Shown piece by piece: positions 60,301-64,000 of a stretch of DNA of 64,000 bases (position 1 is its first letter; each line of letters starts with the position of its first letter). Location: NCBI RefSeq assembly GCF_963921235.1, contig NC_086103.1, positions 157,666,001 through 157,730,000 of the forward strand, written 5' to 3'. A program made the position numbers and the translations under genes. The notes under the pieces are model-generated. The model did not search any database, was not told where the DNA came from, and saw only the letters and a list, made by a program, of their open reading frames with translations. Source of the DNA: Mobula hypostoma (taxonomy: Eukaryota).

Positions 60301-63300
60301 ATTTAAAGTTAATCCCCGTGACAGACCATCTATCAATTCAATATTAAAAAAGCCATTCTTAGAAAAGCGTATCAGAAAATACCTAAGCCCTGAGGTAAGA
60401 CTTTGTTCTATTACATTTTATTTTATTTTACTTTCAATATATCCACATTAAGTTTTATTTATTGTACATTTAAAGCTAAAAACATGAACACTGTCTAGAG
60501 GTCCTAATGCAAAGAAATGGAATATTTTATATTTTTATTGCAAAATATCACAATGTAATTAACAATTAATCTTGTCCCATGGATATCCCTGAATTATTAA
60601 TTCAAAAACTAGAAGCTGCTTTAAAAACTGACCAATTTAATCATAATAAGATTTGTATAAGGGAAAATAATGTCACAGTGAATTGAATCTTGTTCTGCAT
60701 TTTCAAAATTTTGGTCATATTTCCTGTCAGTTAAATAAACAACATCTGTGTTTGTATTATGTTTCCAGCTGTTAAAAGAAGAATTCAGCCATACGGTCAT
60801 TCACGGAAAGAAGTCTTCATCACCCAGACCTCCTAAGGCTACCCCAAGACCAGGTAGAACAGCACTTTATTTTTAACTAAATTGGCCTATGCAACGCTGT
60901 GAGAAATTCATGAATTAAGTGGATGGAAGGGGTGTGTGTTGGAGCTGAAGTAGATTGGGACAGTTTATTTTGACTTTGCACAGTAGCGTAAAATAGTCAT
61001 ATTACATTTTCTGACTCTCCTAATTGTGATTGCATTGATTTCATTAACAAAACTGTAATATGGTATTTGTCATTATTATGTATTCAGTTTCCTCCTGTGG
61101 TATTTATAGAATGTACTAGCTAGGTAGGAAGCAACTCCCTCCTCTGAAACATCTCTTTGACTTGTAACTCAGCAGCCTGGGGAGATACTGACATTGACTG
61201 AGCCAATTCTCGCTACTTTTGTCATTTACTCAACAATATACCAAGTTTTAAAATTTAATAACTTTGTAAGCTGTTCAAAAATATATTTCAAATGAATTAT
61301 GTTATGACACCTTCTATCTGGGTGCTTTTTTTGTAATTCACAGAGATGATGTATGAAATATACTGTAAAACATTTGGAAATACATCAGTTATTGATCCAT
61401 TGTCTATTATTGTCTTTGCCTGAAAGCTCCAAAGATACAGAAAGGTAAATGTGATGTGAAGAAACCAGTAAAGGAATGTGTGAATAAGAAACTGCTACCA
61501 GCTCATTGTGGATGGAAGCCATTAGGATTGGTTAACAGACCAAATATCAAGGTGCAGTATAAAGAGTCCAAGTATACTCACACATACTGACAGAGATCAC
61601 AACTGTGGTCCAATGGAAATTATTTGTACCAAGGAATCAGGATTGTAATAATTTAAATACCAAGAAGTGTACATTGTACATGTGGAGCCCATAATGAGCC
61701 CAAGATACTTCCAAGTGTGCTGTAGAAAATGAAATATTTCTGAATTGTCTTTACTTCTGTTATGTGTAGTCATGCTCCTTTCCCAAATCACAGTAATGAA
61801 CCACACAAGGTTTTATCATAGTCTGGTGTCCCAATCGTTATCATTATTTTTCTACTACTTCTTCTTGGACTCTTAACTCCCAGTGGAGCATAGGCCTCCT
61901 GTTTGCATCATCCAAAGTTGACGGTATGGTTGGTATGGATGTTTCTGTAATCTATTGTATCCACTATACATTGGGATTGCCCGATACAGCTTCACCAGAA
62001 TCCTGTTGGCCATCCTTACCCATTTCCACCTCACCGGGCGGGGACATGGGGTTGGTCTTTCAGAGATTATCATTATTTTTACCAGCTTTATATCCCAGAA
62101 GGGGGCCACAGTAGTGCAATGCTATTACAGCTTGGGGACATTGAAGTTCAGAGTTCAGTTCCAGCACCATCTGTAAAAAGTTTGTTTGTTCTCCCCATGA
62201 CTGCACGTGTTTCCACCAGGTGCTCCGGTTTCCTCCCACAGTCCAAACACAAGTTAATTGATCATTGTAAATTGTCCTGTGATTAGGCTGGTGTGAAATG
62301 AGTAGATTTCTGGGTGGCGTGGCTCATTGGGCCAGAAGGGCCCGTTCTGCACTGTAATAAAATAAAATAATTTCAGTAGGTCATTCTGGAGAAAAAAATG
62401 GAAATACAGTATGGGAAGCAATTCAATTAACTGAGTGCAGAATTCCCCAACTATTGAGGTACGATGTAATATTGTACCTCTAAATGCATATCCAAATGCT
62501 AAATCCTAGTTCAGTAACTGGAACACTATCAATCCCCACAACACCCAAGTTTTTCATGAATATCTCTTACATTATGGTTGTATATTGTGAGTTATTGTTT
62601 GCCAACAGAAATTCAATACTTCAAGGTAATTCATTATACCATAAGTTACGTGCTTAGTATGTCTCTTAATAGAACATATAATAATGATAATCCGCAACAT
62701 TTCCAAATGGGGGACAATATTTTGCACTCACTAAAGATGTAATACAGCTAGTCTACCTTCTCTGTTTGCAGGGAATTCAATAAAAATGATTTATTGCAAT
62801 TATTTATTGATATAAGTTCAGACATAATTAAATTCTGATTCTAGAACACAATTATTATTAAAATGAAAAAATTAAAACAATTTTGTTAACTATCCCTACA
62901 GCAATTTAACCACCTATCACCTGTGAAACCACAGTCTCCCAAGTTTGATGGACGATACGGACATTATCATGGTTATCTAGATTACTTGGAGAACAGACGA
63001 AAGGAACACGTAGCTTCACCTGTGTCCAATTTCAATTGTTTAATTGAAGATCATGGACAGAGAGTGAATCATGATGCAATCCAATGGTACATCTGTATTC
63101 TTTACCAATCACTGTATATCTGTAAAAAAATTAAAGATTTTGTGCCTAAAGACCAAACTGCGTTTTGAATTAATACTTTGCATGCATTTTTTCAGAAGGC
63201 AGTTAAGTGTTAACTGTTAAAGATTGCCTTCATCACTTTTAGTGATATGTTGAGCGAGGAGTACACATTCTTTTTAAATAGAGAAGTTTCTTTGAAGCTA

Positions 63301-63944
63301 ACCACGGCAGTGTTAACTGTCCTTCACAGATTGATCTCCCTGCCTTGGGAAAGCAATCACTCTGAAGGTGAAGTAGAGCCACCAACAAGTTGTGCTACAT
63401 TTTCAACTGAGATTGTGATCAGCTATGCTGATATCTCCATATATAATTACCTCTGCAATGGATATTTGCGAAATGAAATAATATACATTTTGTAGCAAGA
63501 TAGGTCTTCCAGGTTTTCATTTTGTTCATTGTGAATGAAAAGTAATTTTGTTTTTCATGTCTCAATTTCAATTGGGGACATGGGAGTTAATTGATAGAGC
63601 AAACGAGTGCAATGGAAAAGCCCTAACAAACATCCCCAGATTTTGTTGTTTCAGGCCACATGTGGCACACGAACAATACATTCAAAGGAAAATGGAAGCA
63701 CAACAATATAAGATTAAAGCAGAGAAACAATTGGTAAGTAGCTATATTTGAAATTGATCATATGGGAATAGTTTTGTTACTACTTCTAATCAAAAGGTTT
63801 TTATTACTTTGATTTATGGCTTGTATGCTACAGGGTATACGGCCACTGTCATCAGACCCTTCTGGTCATCGAAAACAGTATCCCGATGTACAGGCTAGAC
63901 AGCATCCTGAGGAGAAAGGAAAGAAAAAAGGAGCAAATGACGAG
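42204..63944 (+). CDS. NEK5: NEK5 serine/threonine kinase, 3'-partial. Coding exons: 42204-42320, 43195-43291, 44123-44220, 53533-53616, 54360-54430, 56400-56486, 58765-58819, 60194-60394, 60769-60853, 61427-61551, 62902-63086, 63655-63733, 63834-63944
   Basis: 1395 nt give 465 aa in one frame with GT-AG introns. NEK5-diagnostic [59 protein letters not shown] and [21 protein letters not shown]. Confidence 0.93.
42589..43030 (-). mobile_element. Internally deleted CR1 3' fragment, same subfamily as 18117
   Basis: Long stretches nearly identical to 18117-18817; (catagaaa)n tail. Confidence 0.8.
43195..43291 (+). CDS. NEK5: NEK5 exon 2 ([32 protein letters not shown])
   Basis: ctcag| ... |gtctct; 97 nt. 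Confidence 0.9.
44123..44220 (+). CDS. NEK5: NEK5 exon 3 ([33 protein letters not shown])
   Basis: tgcag| ... |gtaggg; 98 nt. Confidence 0.93.
47719..47756 (-). ncRNA. Minimal type I hammerhead ribozyme (PLE-associated)
   Basis: Minus strand reads tagtc CTGACGA a gggt-ctcg-gcct GAAAC GTC gactg; all core nucleotides and helix I pairing are present. Confidence 0.75.
48380..48417 (+). ncRNA. Minimal type I hammerhead ribozyme (PLE-associated), sense to NEK5 pre-mRNA
   Basis: tagtc CTGACGA agggtctcggcct GAAAC GTC gattg. Confidence 0.72.
48812..49187 (+). mobile_element. Rex1/Babar-type LINE internal RT fragment
   Basis: [28 protein letters not shown]; ATIIPV.KK..CLNDY.PVALTS..KCFERLV..LDPLQF. 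Confidence 0.85.
49194..50446 (+). mobile_element. Young 5'-truncated CR1 LINE with an uninterrupted RT frame
   Basis: [45 protein letters not shown]; stop at 50348; (tttctatg)n tail. Confidence 0.93.
52936..53283. mobile_element. Fold-back PLE mini-insert containing a nested Rex1-type 3' tail
   Basis: Perfect 13-bp TSD actttaatttgta at 52923-52935 and 53284-53296. Confidence 0.75.
53533..53616 (+). CDS. NEK5: NEK5 exon 4 ([28 protein letters not shown])
   Basis: attag| ... |gtaaaa; 84 nt. Confidence 0.93.
54360..54430 (+). CDS. NEK5: NEK5 exon 5 ([23 protein letters not shown])
   Basis: cttag| ... |gtaagt; 71 nt. Confidence 0.93.
55547..56170 (-). mobile_element. Young CR1 3' fragment
   Basis: ORF 55646..56191 [17 protein letters not shown]; (caataga)n tail. 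Confidence 0.9.
56400..56486 (+). CDS. NEK5: NEK5 exon 6 ([28 protein letters not shown])
   Basis: tgtag| ... |gtaagt; 87 nt. Confidence 0.93.
57250..57816 (-). mobile_element. Rex1-type LINE 3' fragment
   Basis: [41 protein letters not shown]. Confidence 0.8.
58765..58819 (+). CDS. NEK5: NEK5 exon 7 ([18 protein letters not shown])
   Basis: tatag| ... |gtaagt; 55 nt. Confidence 0.93.
58924..58988 (+). mobile_element. 65-bp PLE terminal insert
   Basis: Perfect 13-bp TSD atataaatgcaaa at 58911-58923 and 58989-59001. Confidence 0.75.
60194..60394 (+). CDS. NEK5: NEK5 exon 8 ([14 protein letters not shown]...KYLSPE)
   Basis: tgcag| ... |gtaaga; 201 nt. Confidence 0.93.
60769..60853 (+). CDS. 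NEK5: NEK5 exon 9 ([28 protein letters not shown])
   Basis: ttccag| ... |gtagaa; EEFSH motif. Confidence 0.9.
61427..61551 (+). CDS. NEK5: NEK5 exon 10 (APKIQKGKC...[14 protein letters not shown])
   Basis: gaaag| ... |gtgcag; frame-compatible; KIQK and W-K/R-P features. Confidence 0.75.
62101..62370 (+). mobile_element. tRNA-derived V-SINE (HE1-like)
   Basis: V-domain gttctccccatgactgcacgtgtttccaccaggtgctccggtttcctcccacagtccaaa; (aataa)n tail. Confidence 0.72.
62902..63086 (+). CDS. NEK5: NEK5 exon 11 ([10 protein letters not shown]...[17 protein letters not shown]...AIQ)
   Basis: ctacag| ... |gtacat; GxYxxYxxxLD motif. Confidence 0.87.
63655..63733 (+). CDS. NEK5: NEK5 exon 12 ([26 protein letters not shown])
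   Basis: ttcag| ... |gtaagt. Confidence 0.92.
63834..63944 (+). CDS. NEK5: NEK5 exon 13 ([15 protein letters not shown]...GANDE)
   Basis: ctacag| ... |gtaagc. Confidence 0.88.
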
Positions 63945-64000
63945 GTAAGCCATTTAAGAAGTTGTAAGTTGTTCACTTGAGTGTGAATGCAGTGCAGTGA

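Noticed and set aside
42204-63944. Calling the second kinase NEK1
   Set aside because: MDKYDVI, the 71-nt DFG exon with one extra residue ([11 protein letters not shown]), [10 protein letters not shown] and [15 protein letters not shown] fit NEK5, as does the position after NEK3.
1-64000. Prokaryotic systems (CRISPR arrays, operons, retrons) or rRNA
   Set aside because: No regularly spaced repeat-spacer array, no operon-like ORF density and no rRNA motifs; the window is spliced eukaryotic DNA.

Overview
Vertebrate genomic DNA. The CR1/Rex1/Penelope/V-SINE repeat mix suggests a cartilaginous fish, possibly a ray (inference). Two NIMA-family kinase genes lie in tandem on the + strand, both reconstructed by hand from splice sites and frame continuity. 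NEK3 has its first coding exon upstream of the window, 14 coding exons at 1630-33140 and 475 aa in the window including the C-terminus. NEK5 starts at ATG 42204 and has 13 coding exons up to 63944 (465 aa), continuing past the window. A CpG-enriched putative NEK5 promoter with an RFX X-box lies at about 35.0-35.6 kb. Introns are packed with transposons: a near full-length L2 LINE, a decayed chromodomain Gypsy element with nested insertions, many CR1 and Rex1-type fragments, RTE derivatives, SINEs, and Tc1, Tigger-like and hAT elements. The most striking hidden structure is a family of Penelope-like (GIY-YIG) element termini carrying a minimal hammerhead ribozyme core (CTGANGA-stem-GAAAC-GTC). 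They occur as 65-850 bp inserts with 8-15 bp TSDs, two begin exactly at the ribozyme, and several are asymmetric fold-backs. Other oddities are an in-frame Rex1/CR1 chimeric RT ORF joined near the homologous position, a GC-AG intron in NEK3, and a signal-peptide-like N-terminus on the L2 ORF. Almost all short ORFs in the supplied track are TE remnants or noise. TE family names rest on motif recognition, not database searches.
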